The position numbers and the translations under genes are program-made. Below the pieces are notes generated by a model. That model made no database searches, had not been told where the DNA came from, and was given only the letters and a program-made list of their open reading frames with translations. Of a DNA stretch of 64,000 nt, positions 1 to 13,908 are shown one piece after another. The DNA is taken from the NCBI GenBank assembly GCA_964016885.1, contig OZ024740.1, positions 245,024,001-245,088,000 on the forward strand, given 5' to 3'. Source of the DNA: Eledone cirrhosa. Lineage: Eukaryota. Each line of letters begins with the position of its first letter. Position 1 is the first letter of the stretch.

Positions 1-9
1 TTGTAGACA

Positions 10-489
10 ATGTTACTAGAGAGGCATAGCCCTGTAGTTAGTACTAACTGTAATTGTAGGAATCGGGCTGATTGTCCCCTATCCGGGAAATGCCTCTCTA
101 GTAACATTGTCTACAAATGTAAGGTTGTAACACCCACGTCCCGTAGGGCCTACATAGGGTTAACCGCCAATAGTTTCAAGCAGCGTCTTTACATGCATAC
201 CCATTCTTTTCGTTACCCTCTAAGAAGGAATATGACGTCACTTTCAGCTTATATCTGGAGTCTAAAAGACAACCACACCCAATATAAGTTACACTGGGAG
301 ATCCTAGCTAGGGTTAGATCGTATAACGGAAATAAAAGACCATGTGACCTCTGCGCCGCTGAGGCCCTGGAAATACTCTACGCCACAGACCACATCTTAA
401 ACAAAAAATCTGAGGCAATTTCGGCTTGTAAACATAAATTGCACAAAACTTTCCTGTATTACAACCCTACGTTATACCCTAACGGATAG
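10..489 (+). pseudogene. GIY-YIG endonuclease domain fragment of PLE family A
   Basis: CNCRNRADCPLSGKCL linker, IVYKC...AYIGLT...FKQRL...H, CDLC...E...LNKKSE...CKH. The ATG at 10 lies in the inverted piece and is not a real start. Confidence 0.85.
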
Positions 490-1415
490 CACGATCTATA
501 CGTGGATATTTACGTCTTGATGTGGGAGCTAAGTATATGTTTTGTTTATTCCTTTACTTATTTGCATAGGTAAGTATATATTACCCGTATGTTTTGTGAA
601 GGTATGTATACCTTCTCGTACGTATATTTGACTGTTTTGGCGTATAATTTTTACATATTCTGGTATTTAGGGCTTGGTTATGTGTATATGGGAGTTTTGC
701 GTCTGCGTGAGTATGCAGGTTCGTACGTATGGTGGGTGTGTGTATATGTGTACTTCTTGTTTTAGTTGACTTACGTCTCCGAACCTTCATGTATTTATTT
801 GTAGGTATGTGTGTGCGATTGTTATATACGTATTTATTTACTTATATACGTTTATATAATTATTTATTTATTTGTACACAAGCATACACACATACACATA
901 TTTATATGTGCGTGATTGTGTATACCTATGGTAAGGTTTTGCGTATGCTTGTGTATGTACGTATCTGTTTGCGTGTATGTATTTATTTGTTCCTATTACT
1001 TCTGTATTGTATTTATTTACTTTGTTCTTAACTCTGTAGCGGAGATTCATTCGGTCTCCTAGTTAGAATTTTAGTCTACGACTTCTGCTATACCATTTAC
1101 GTGGTTTTGTCTTTGCATGCTATTGTTCTCTACGCTCCACATATGACTTATTATCTTCGTTTTTTCGTTCATTGCCAGAGAACGTCTCTATGCACCACTT
1201 AGAGAACATTAGTCTACGACCTCTTTTATACCATAAACGTGGTTCTGTCCTTGCACGTAATTGTTTTTCACCGCTCCTATTAATGACGTATTATTCGTTT
1301 TTTCCCGTTCTTTGCCAGCGAACGTCACCATGAACCAAAGTATCGTCTTCCTGTCTTCCTCCGGTTGCAACGTTTTTTGAAATATCCAGTTCTGCGTTTA
1401 CAGATTGACTTTGTT

Positions 1416-1466
1416 AGTTTCAGAAGATCCCGTTAAGGGTGAAAGCAGCGATTGTTTGCTTAAACT
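1416..1466 (+). ncRNA. Type-I hammerhead ribozyme-like motif, variant core CAGAAGA (family A)
   Basis: agttt-CAGAAGA-t ccc gttaa ggg t-GAAA-gca(9 nt)tgc-TT-aaact; stem I extended by acagatt/aatctgt. Confidence 0.65.
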
Positions 1467-1575
1467 TTAATCTGTTATTTTAATAAATATTTGCTCTTCG
1501 GTTCTTATATATTTGATATATATTTTCCTTATCGAGCCCTCTCTGGATTTTAGTCTTCAATTTTATTATTATTAC

Positions 1576-1968
<393 letters not shown>

Positions 1969-2458
1969 ATATATATATATATATATACACCATTATATAT
2001 ATACACTATTATACACTGCGACTGTTATAAATGTTATTACTGTTAAATCAATCATATTGTATAAACTGCTGCCCTTTCTTGTTAACCTTCTTCCTGAGAG
2101 AAAAATAACCTGTACGGGAAGAAATAAATGATTAGGCAATTAAATTGGAAAGAAACTACAAAATATACTTGCTACGTCAAAGCTGCGTTCTCAATAATGG
2201 TGTATTTGACAGCTGTTCCTCACATAATCTATAGGCGGTGAATTGGCAGAGTTGTTACAACGTCGGATAGAATGCTTTGTGGTAAAAGAAATTCGGTTTC
2301 ATCAGTTTTTCTCCTTTTAAAATTTAATATTTAAAATGTGTAAATTTATGGTGTTTTATAATAAAAAGAAATCGAATGTTTTAATGATTCGTAAAGAGGC
2401 CCGAACTATATAGAATTTAGAATGGATTTTCAATTCCGAAATTAGCCCCTCCCCATGA

Positions 2459-2501
2459 AGTTCTTCTTCTTCTTCTTCTTCTTCTTCTTCTTCTTCTTCT
2501 T

Positions 2502-2532
<31 letters not shown>

Positions 2533-3045
2533 TGCTGCTGCTGCTTCGCCCGTGTGTTCCTGAGAGGGTCGTGGGGGGAAGAATCTTCAAACACTCCTTC
2601 CAGCGAGTCTGTCAGAAGCAACCATCTCCAACTGATCCAGCTAGATCCCCAAGCAAGACCAGCGAAGCTCATGAATGTTATCCAACCATTTTGCTTGGGG
2701 TCTACCTCTGGGTCTCCTGTCTGTTGGGTTTGCCTGTAAAATCTGTCCAGCGATTCTTTCCTGAGATATTCTAACCTCATGCTCATAGTATCGGAGCTGT
2801 GATCTCTCAACTCTGAGAAGTAGCGGCTCTACCTGGAGTGACTCTCTGATCTCCGAGTTACGGACTCTGTCGAGTAACGTGACCCCAAAGAACCTTCGGA
2901 GGAACCCCATTTTGGCCATTACTCAAAATTCATGAGCATAGTTAAGGGATAGTACGAATACCGAATTGAAAATAGCGAGTTTGACTTTTACATCTACCTT
3001 TCTTCTGATTACCGACTGCAGAAGCTGGTGCATTACTGCACCAGT
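2459..3045 (-). mobile_element. RTE-clade LINE 3' fragment with (GAA)n tail
   Basis: ORF 2641-2919 MGFLRR..GVTLLDRVRNSEIRESL..RSQLRY..RPRGRP..W is a typical RTE C-terminus; (GAA)n at 2459-2531. Confidence 0.85.
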
Positions 3046-3276
3046 TCCTTCTTAAAGCTTTCTAATTAAACTAATTTTCAACAATTATGAATTATGATTT
3101 TTTCTTCTATTGAAATTTGAGAGTTTCTTTAATTATTAACATATACAAACACAGTCACATACTTATATCGCACATACACAAACGTATATCCCATACATAT
3201 ATGGGATATACGTTTGTGTGTGTGCGTATACATTCATACACTAATATAATTCGTCTACGTGTGTGCGTACATGTAT

Positions 3277-3374
<98 letters not shown>

Positions 3375-3423
3375 ACTATATATATATATGTATGTGTGTG
3401 TGTGTGTATGTATAGACATATAT

Positions 3424-3708
3424 GTGGAGGAACGTGTCCTAGTGGTAAGGGTGTTGGACTTACGATCAAAGAGTCGTGGGTTCGATTCCTGGGTTGCGTG
3501 TTGTGTTCTTGAGCAAAACACTTCATTTCAACTTGCTCCAGTATACTCAAATGAAAATGTACACCAGCAATAGCTGGGGGTCTAACCCTGCGATGAACTG
3601 GCGTCCTGTCCAGAGGTGAGCCTTGTACTCTCATTTGCTTCACGCCATGAAAGCGGGATAAGCACCGGCCAAATGAGCCTTCTGGCTTAATACAGACTTT
3701 AGACTTTT
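3424..3708 (+). mobile_element. tRNA-derived SINE
   Basis: A-box-like tcctagtggt, B-box ggttcgattcc, central gtgttcttgagcaaaacact, short (agacttt)2 tail. Confidence 0.8.
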
Positions 3709-3760
3709 AAATACACATATATATGTGTGTATACACACACTCACGCGCGCACACACACAT

Positions 3761-3840
<80 letters not shown>

Positions 3841-3872
3841 TAAATATATATATAGTATGTATATATATATAC

Positions 3873-3903
<31 letters not shown>

Positions 3904-4468
3904 AAGAAATAAAAAGCGAAAAAATATTTTTTTTTCTTCCTAATAATCGTCTTTTTCATATATATATATATATAAATACAATATCGGAGAAAGTTTTTAG
4001 CGATACTCCGGCCAAATTCCAACTCACTCAACAAACATTAGGAAATAAGTGATTATATTCCCAATTAAGTGTTCGGGGTGCTAACTAAAAGTATTGCGTG
4101 GAAAATTGGCTGTATTATTTCAAATGAGACATATCGAATATATCTCTTCCCAGACGGACTTCTCGTTTCATTATAGGACTCCTACAATTTGGGTGAAATT
4201 ATACCAATTTATGTAGGAGCTTGTATACCATCAATAGATATATATTCAAGTGGGCTCCTATAATTCATCAGTGGGTGCCACAATATATATATATCAACTA
4301 GAAATAGATTGACATATATATATATAAAATAAACGCACGAAACAATCGCAGGGAAGTAAAGTGTGTAAAAGCACACATAGCTAGGTAGGTAACTAATTAA
4401 AATTTAACTAGAACTTCAAATATATATGGTGCATGTCTCTAAGACATTACAACCTTTAATTTAATTTT

Positions 4469-4533
<65 letters not shown>

Positions 4534-5361
4534 CAGTACATAAAGACAGACTTCACTTAAATCTAAGTGTCTCCTATATCCCTCTTCTTCAACCCCTTTT
4601 CCTCTACCCCTACCTTGTGTTTTCCCTACTCTAAAACATGTCCCCTGTGATATCATTAACATTGGAGGATTGCATATGAAAATTTCACTGCAACATGTTT
4701 TTTTCTCGCTTTTAATTAGTAATGTCCTCGACACCGTGTTTTTTATTGTTGTTATTGTTGTTGTTTTGTTCTGTTGTTTTAAGTTTTGCCATTGATACAG
4801 CTGTTACTGCCATTAGGTGAAATAATAATTTAGCTTATATTACATGGCTCATGATCATTTCCCGGATATAGTTTGTTTTCAATGTAGCTTCACCTTTGCA
4901 TCGGTGCCGTTTACAAATGTTCTTTAATCATTCTCCATAGCTGGGCTTTAAATTCACTATCAAGTCCCGCAGCTTTCAACCAGTCACCAACACTAAAGTC
5001 ACACCAATGACGTTTGTGTTTCCTATTAAAGATTTAATGACTTAAAAGAAATCATCAAAGAACTTACTTCTGAATGAACGTCTGGTGGTGAATAACAATT
5101 GGTAAGAATCGTAGGCGAAGAAAAACATTTCTGTATTACTATATCACTTACTATGTAAACAAACATTCAAGCGTGTATAATTATATATATCATGCACGTG
5201 TATAGTTATATATACTCATGCACGTGTATAGTTATATATACTCATGCACACACAAACGCAAACACATACACAAACTCACGCGCACGCACACACGCGCGCG
5301 CGCACACACACACATACACACACACACACACACACACAGATATATATATATATATATATAC

Positions 5362-5404
<43 letters not shown>

Positions 5405-5572
5405 CACATATATATATACATATATATGTATATACACATATATATATATATATATGTATATACATATATATATATATGTATATATATGTATATATATATA
5501 TATGTATATATATATATGTATATATATATATATGTATGTGTATATATATATGTATATATATATATGTATATA

Positions 5573-5629
<57 letters not shown>

Positions 5630-5917
5630 AATTAATATCTAGTAACATATATATACATACAGATGCATATCAATGCTAGCAAATATATAGGTTTTGTCTT
5701 AGTAACTTTGTGGTTCAATGCATGGGGTTGCAGAACAATAATATGAGAGACGTAAAATAAAAAAATTATAAAATTAACTTACTTACTAAAATATCACTTC
5801 CAACTAATTAGTTTCTGGAATGGAATAAATATATTTTCCGAAGAAAATACAGAGAATCATTCCGTCGTCAGCGAAGACTATTCTCATCTAAGTATCCAGG
5901 CAAAGCGTGGACTCTGG

Positions 5918-6935
<1,018 letters not shown>

Positions 6936-7039
6936 TATATATATATCTGTATCTTTACCCTCTCTAACAGTCACTCTCTCTGTTAGCCTCTTCCTCACCC
7001 TTCACTCACTCACTCTCTGTTACTACCTCTCCTCCTCCT

Positions 7040-7440
7040 CCTTCTTCCCGTTTGACCTGTGCGTAATTCTTTTCTTTCGCACGCTTGGCCAGGCTGGTCG
7101 GCATTTTTTCTCTCTCTCGTCTACGATTTCGCAGAACTTATGTTTACCGAATTCACAGACTAGACCCCTTCTTCCTCCCGTTAGACCTGTGCGAAATTCC
7201 TTCCTTGCTCACATTTCAACCAGGTTTGATGGTCTTTATTCGCTCTCGTTCACGATTTCACCGAACTTACATTCATGGAAATTTTTGGACTTGACTCGCT
7301 CTTCCTCATTTTTCGTTGCTTCACCATCTTTGTTTGTTTACACTCTCGATGTTCCCTTTATTTACATGTCTCAACGACTTTCTTTACCCGTTGCTCGCAC
7401 CAACCGGAGGTATATGGTCTTTAAAGCGAAGAAATACCGA
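7040..7440 (+). repeat. Family P copy, 3'-truncated
   Basis: gttgctcgcaccaaccggaggtatatggtctttaaagcg shared with 1836-1874. Confidence 0.7.
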
Positions 7441-7446
7441 ACAATT

Positions 7447-7967
7447 CTCCCATCCCATTTCTCTTGACTATTATCTTTTGCTTGTCATAAAATTCTCTAA
7501 AAGGCTACAAAATAAATTCCCAAATACGGGCGCGAAATTTAATGAACTTGTTCACGTGACAGTCATAATTTCATTTATAACCAATCAAATTATATTTATT
7601 TAAAAAAGCCTTCGTGAGCCACTTTTTTTAAAGTAAAATGAAATTCAAACAAACTTATGCGAAAGCTGATATACTTATTCACGTGACTACATCAACTAAC
7701 CAAACTTCACTCATATATGAAAAAACAACCTGCTATATTCACTGAACCAAAACAACTCTCCCATCCCATTTCTCTTGACCATTATCTTTTATTTGTCATA
7801 AAATTCTCTAAAAGGCTACAAAATAAATTCCCAAATACGGGCGCGAAATTTAATGAACTTGTTCACGTGACAGCCATAATTTCGTTTATAACCAATCAAA
7901 TTACATTTATAAAAAAAAAAAAGCCTTCGTGAGCCCCCTTTTTTTTAAGTAAAAAGAAATTCAAACA
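7447..7967. repeat. Direct repeat of ~205 bp (7447-7650 and 7757-7967)
   Basis: Near-identical blocks ctcccatcccatttctc...gaaattcaaac. Confidence 0.85.
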
Positions 7968-8359
7968 CTCATATATGAAAACCCAACCTGAGCCCCCCCC
8001 CCTTGTTTGAAGAACTTTGTAACGCGAACTGGCGCGAAATTTATTATACTTATTGACCAACCAATCAAATTACTTCTCTAAAAACATGGCGTTTCGAGCC
8101 ACTTTTTTCCATATAAAACAAGTAACATTCAAAGACCAGCCAGATGTGAGAAAAACCACAGACCCTCCATCTCAACTCTACTTTTGAAAAGCAGAAGAAC
8201 TGCGAAACCGGTAAAGGAACAAAAAATATATATATATAATTTTTTTTAAATAAGACTCCAGTTGCATTTTCGATTTCATCTTTTTTTCTTTATACTTTCA
8301 CTCGTGTAGGACACCTCGGTTATTTTTCATTTTGTAAAAAAAACTCACTTTCTAATATA

Positions 8360-8431
<72 letters not shown>

Positions 8432-8438
<7 letters not shown>

Positions 8439-8805
8439 GAAAAAAGATCGTGCCTGATTGTGGATGTGGCCTGCCCATTCGACACGAGAGTGCAAGAGAA
8501 GGAGAGGGAGAAAATTAACCGATACCAGGACTTAAAGTGGGAGGTAAAAAGGATTTGGAACTGCCATGAAGTCAAAGTGATCCCGATTGTCATAGGCGCA
8601 CTAGGGACTATCTCAAAAAGTTTCCAGGGATGGTTAAAGAAAATCGGCCCCTTCACGCTTTTTGGAACGCTTCAAAAGGCATGCTTGCTGGGAACAGCAA
8701 GAACCCTCCGATACGTCCTGAATATCTGAGGCTGCAGGTAGTGGCTTGATATTCATTCCAACAAACTTTCCAGTTAACTAACATCAATGACTGAGACTCA
8801 AGGAG
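8432..8805 (+). mobile_element. R4/Dong-type RLE LINE 3' fragment inserted in (TAA)n
   Basis: ORF 8460-8729 DVACPFD..EK..KINRYQDL..VIPIVIGALG..LQKACLLGTA (restriction-like endonuclease C-terminus); (TAA)n on both sides. Confidence 0.9.
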
Positions 8806-8815
8806 TAATAACAAC

Positions 8816-8871
<56 letters not shown>

Positions 8872-8876
<5 letters not shown>

Positions 8877-9097
8877 TTGAAGACTAAAATCCAAAGAGGG
8901 CTCGATAAGGATAAATATATATCAAATATATAAGAACCGTAGAGCAAATATTTATTAAAATAACAGATTAAAGTTTAAGCAAAGAATCGCTGCTTTCACC
9001 CTTAACGGGATCTTCTGAAACTAGTTTCAGAAGATCCCGTTAAGGGTGAAAGCAGCGATTCTTTGCTTAAACTTTAATCTGTTATTTTAATAAATAT
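8872..9097. repeat. Fold-back fragment of the PLE family A 3' end; perfect 150-bp palindrome 8948-9097 with one HHR per arm
   Basis: Centre ctgaaact|agtttcag at 9022/9023; HHR on minus 8972-9022 and on plus 9023-9073. Confidence 0.9.
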
Positions 9098-9794
9098 ATA
9101 TATATATATCTGTTAGAACACGAAAAGTGTGAAACAACAGAATGTTCACTTTTCGTGTTCTAACATATATGCCTAACATCTTCATAAATTTTTCGGGGAT
9201 AGCCGTGGTGGTGGTGATCGTATGTCATTGGCTAATTTTCAACCAATCAGAGTAAGTGTTGATATATATATATATATACTATTCCCCCTCTCTATATATA
9301 TATCTTACGCTTTCGCTTTACACTCCTCCCCTTCAATAACACATTTCCCCCTCTATATATATCTCTTCCACTGTTACTTACGCCTGTTTCTCTCTATCTG
9401 TTCCGTCTCTATATATATATCTCTCTTACTCTTTCGCTTTGCACTCCTCCCCTTCAATACCATCTCTCCCCCTCTCTATATATTTGTTACTCTATCGCTG
9501 CACGCTCCTCTCCTTCAATATATCAATTACACACGCTTTACACTCCTTTATCCCCAGCGCCCCTATATATACACCCCCCTCCCGCATCTATATTTTAATG
9601 TTCCGTTGCACCGTGAATATATGTGTCTATATATATATACATATATATTGTATATACACATTCATGTATGTGTATACACACTCATGTATGTATATACACT
9701 GGTTTTATGTGTGTATTGTAAATTTGTACTGTTAAAACACGAAACTAACATTCGATTGACACTTTGATTACCTGTACAGGCAATAGTTATTAGA

Positions 9795-9836
9795 ATGCTG
9801 TTGAAGTGTGTATATATTTTTGGGGGACATCCTGTA
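9795..9836 (-). mobile_element. Tc1/mariner-like terminal inverted repeat remnant
   Basis: Reverse complement reads TA|CAGGATGTCCCCCAAAAA..., resembling CAGGGTGTCCC-type TIRs; partner end not found. Confidence 0.4.
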
Positions 9837-10606
9837 TATACACACATTATATATAATACAATAAACAGATAAATACACACATATATATATGAGCTTATTT
9901 AATTATAAATATTGTGAATTTTTAACTCAGTTCAATTATATATATAAATGGCTTCTACAGGACTAGAACTGTTTCATTCGAAAGAAATCATCATAATATT
10001 GAGAGGGGGGACTAGATAAAATATTTCAAATCAAATGTGTATAAGTTATAAGTTAAAATGTATAAATAGAGACGATAGTGGAGGTATATCTGTTTAGTGG
10101 AACAGTAGACGATAGAATTAAATACAGACGAGAATCTCCCTTTAATGAAACAGCAGACGATAGAATTAAGGCAATTTAAATTTTAAGCATTTGCATTTCA
10201 TCGTTACGGGGTCGATAAAATAAAGTACCAGTCATACACTGTCACTATAAGTAGACGACTTTCAAATTGAATTGTTGGTTCCATTTCTTTAGTATTTTCA
10301 ATTGTAGTTATCTACTTAAAAAGCGTTACACGGTTAGAGACATAATTGGTAAGTTATATCTTCCCTATTAAACCATTGCATTATTTCGCCTACAATATAA
10401 CAAAAATGAAATGTTTTTAAAGAAACAGGAATATAACTTTATAAAAAAAAAAGTTGCATCCGCTTCTTTTATCATTGATAATTTTTTCGTTTTAATATTA
10501 ATTGTTTTTTGTAGTTGTTTATATTAAAAATCTTACTGTAATATTTACTTAAACGAAGGCAGACATCTAAACTTATAGATTAATCTTGAGCGAAGGACTA
10601 GATAAA

Positions 10607-10927
<321 letters not shown>

Positions 10928-11059
10928 TGAATTTCTCCTAAGTATTCAATACTCTGTTGAGAAATACATTTTACATAAACAGTCTTTGTACCATTTATAC
11001 GGTATTAATTACTTATATTTATATATATATATATATATATATATAGCGTATGATTAGAA

Positions 11060-11184
11060 CTGTGTTTATTATTAATATTTTAATGGATTTAATGAAAAAT
11101 TTTAGGTGTTCATATATATATTCTAAAACTGCGCGAAATCGTGAATCCGCGATAGTTGAACCGCCAAGTAGCGAGGTATCACTG
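11060..11184. mobile_element. pogo/Tigger-like MITE end
   Basis: ...cgaggtatcactg|TA resembles the CAGTnnTACCTCG TIR class. Confidence 0.45.
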
Positions 11185-11212
11185 TATATATGTTTAAATA
11201 TATAGTGTAGCT

Positions 11213-11677
11213 GTGATGTATCTCGCGAGTGAATCGAGACCTGTCACTGATTTTGGTGTCCCCACTGCCGATGTGAATGAGCAACGCTGCACTTGTGAAT
11301 TGGGTCTTGATGTTGCAGGCAGTTCATATACTTACAATGATGCGGTCCCACAAGCTTGTTCACATTCCTGTGCTAATAATCTAGATGGGCGTATTGAATT
11401 GGATGTGAAAGCAGCTTACCGAATGCGGAATCGGGAGAAGTTGAGACAAAAACAGGCCGATTATAGAGCTGTGAATTTTGCTAAATTAACACAAAAACAG
11501 GCCAAGTATAGATGTTCAAAACGGTATGAGTTGGCAAACAAGCAGGCCAAGTATAGATCTGCAAATTCAGCTATTATATCTCAAAAGCAAGCCGAGCGTA
11601 GAGCTTCTAAACGTACCGAGTTGGCTAAAGAGCAGACCGAGTACAGATCTGCAAATATCTTATTGCACAAACAATAA
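11213..11677 (+). other. ORF remnant with ~15-aa basic repeats, unknown origin (probably TE-derived)
   Basis: KQADYR / KQAKYR / KQAKYR / KQAERR / EQTEYR at 45-nt period. Confidence 0.4.
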
Positions 11678-11699
11678 TTCTGCACAAATGTTGCTCCAT

Positions 11700-11882
11700 T
11701 ATTTTGGCAGTATTGGTAGAGGGTCGGATGCCATGCTTTCCAGCATAGTTACGTCCCTTTACGATCTGAGTTCAAATCCTGCCGAGGTTGACTTTGCCTT
11801 TCATCCTTACGGGGTAGATAAAATAAAGTACCAGTAATGCACTGGGTAATTGCTGGCCTTGTGCCTAAAGTAGAAACAATTA
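11700..11882 (+). mobile_element. tRNA-derived SINE (octopus-type family; further copies ~13190-13365, 47240-47385, 50095-50282 and degenerate pieces ~2232, 10195, 29955, 40290, 40951, 41215)
   Basis: tggcagtattggtaga A-box, gagttcaaatcc B-box, conserved gactttgcctttcatcct..gataaaataaagtaccag. Confidence 0.85.
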
Positions 11883-12067
11883 TTAGATCTAATGTTGCAA
11901 CGATACAGTTAAATGTTGTCTGTGTAATTTTAAAAAAGATTTGCTTATAATCTTTTCAAATTTCATTACGCCAATGATTCAAGCTCAAATTGACATTATC
12001 TAAAAAATTGTACAAACAGCGGTGGATTAGCAGTAGTGAACAGATAAATCAGTCAATTTATTAAGAT

Positions 12068-12725
12068 TGACTTGGCATCAATCAGCAAGACCTTCATTAG
12101 CTGCTCTCCAGCCATCTATTTAAAGCTGTATACATCTATGGTACGAATACACTTGGAGTTCGCGTCATCAGTCTGGAACCCCTATCTTGCTCAGAACATT
12201 GACCTCCTGGAAACTGTTCAGAGACATGCAACCAAGCGCATACCCTCCATCAGACACCTACCATACCCTGAATATTTTGCTTCCCTCTGGCAATGGACTT
12301 GGTAAACACCCACAAAGTTATTAACCATCCGACCAACAACAACCCCGAACACCTTTTTGATCTCCATGTGTCTAACACGTGGACATGCCTACAAAGTCAG
12401 AAAACAACACAGCTCCCATGACTTTAGGAAATATTTCTTCATGCTCAGAGTTGCTGAAGGATGGAACAAACTTCCTGCATCAGTTGTTAGCTGATGACAC
12501 ACTGCATCCTTTAAAACCATCATACATTCCGAAATACACCAAAACTACACCTGATGTCCCCCTTCCATACACATGCACATATGTGTATATCATGACTCAT
12601 GCACTGTTCTTTTTTCCTGACGTTTTTATATTACCCTATGTATTATATATGCACTTTTGATGAGTTGTAGTGCACCTCAGCATTGTACACAATATTTTCA
12701 TTATTATTATCATTATTATTATTAC
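12068..12725 (+). mobile_element. CR1-group LINE 3' fragment
   Basis: LYTSMVRIHLEFASSVWNPY..IDLLETVQRHATK; (ATT)n tail at ~12700-12724. Confidence 0.85.
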
Positions 12726-13908
12726 ACTCATTGATCCATTTTGCACTAACTCTGCATCAAGCACCCTCACCTAAATATTAACCAATCAAGGATCCAATAC
12801 AGCTATCTGTTGGATGAGTATTGTATAGTGCCAAAAACGAAACCAATCAGTTTAGCAGAAAATTTCCAGACAAGAAACACGCATATTTTGCTATCCTCAA
12901 ACACGTTTACACATGGCATGAAATATAACTAATCCGAGATGGCTAGGTTTCATCTTCTAACTGGATATACGAAATCCATTATGTCTTGACAACAACATGA
13001 GGTAACATTATGTTATTCACAGACACACTTTGTACACTGTTCCATATCAGAATGTATTTCCTTCGTCACATTCACAAACAGTATTGAAAATATGTTCTTC
13101 GGCAAATAAAAATGTTTTGTTCATAATATTTCAACTAGCGATTGCTCTACTCCACGAACGACCACCATAAATTAATGACCAGCTCAACACAAGTATTGGT
13201 AGAGCGTCAGACACCATGCTTTGCAGTATTGTTATGGTCCTTTGCATTCTAAGTTCAAATCCTGCCGAGGTTAACTTCGACTTTCATACTTACTAATTCG
13301 ATAAAATAAAGTACCAGTAATGGACTGCCGTAATGGATTTGTGCCGAAAAATAGAAACACTATTAATGTGCAATAAGAGCAAAATATAACGACATTGCTC
13401 AATTATTTTATCTAATGTTGTAATAACACAAGGAAATGTTGTTTGTGTATTTTTTTTTATATTTGCTCATAGGCTTTTACAATTTCGCTCAGCCAACAAC
13501 TATTAAAAAGTGAGTTGCTTAAGATAACAATTTAATCACAAATTGTTGCTATCTTTTAATACACTCCAACAAGTCATCAAATTATGTACAATAAAAACAA
13601 ATCTTATTAATTTGCTCAGGGAATATAAAGAAAATGTATATACACTGATAATTGCAATTGTATGTAAATATTTTGTTTTTGTATTGTTTATTTTATGTTT
13701 TCTATTATGTATAATATATTGATTTAATATTGATTGTTTTTTGTAGTTGTTTATATTAAAAGTCTGAAAATATTTTTATACATCTTACACTAATATTTAT
13801 AAGATAATTTATAATAACAATTACATAATCTAATTACATTACAACGATAATTTATTATTAATATATATCCTCTTTAACTAGAGTTATTACAAGCGTTGCC
13901 TTAAAAAA

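Larger units (their letters stand above)
1..1575 (+). mobile_element. Penelope-like element family A, 5'-truncated copy (GIY-YIG C-terminus, 3' UTR, HHR, tail), with an inverted piece at the window edge
   Basis: 30-1487 matches the reverse complement of ~51338-52795; bases 1-27 are the reverse complement of ~90-116; ends in (TA)n. Confidence 0.9.

Noticed and set aside
3424-3495. tRNA gene
   Set aside because: A and B boxes continue into a SINE body; no complete cloverleaf
3980-4290. Possible decayed PLE RT remnant
   Set aside because: Only faint peptide resemblance; not supportable by eye
9111-9165. 19-bp hairpin as a terminator or miRNA
   Set aside because: More simply a very short fold-back next to (TA)n; no other support
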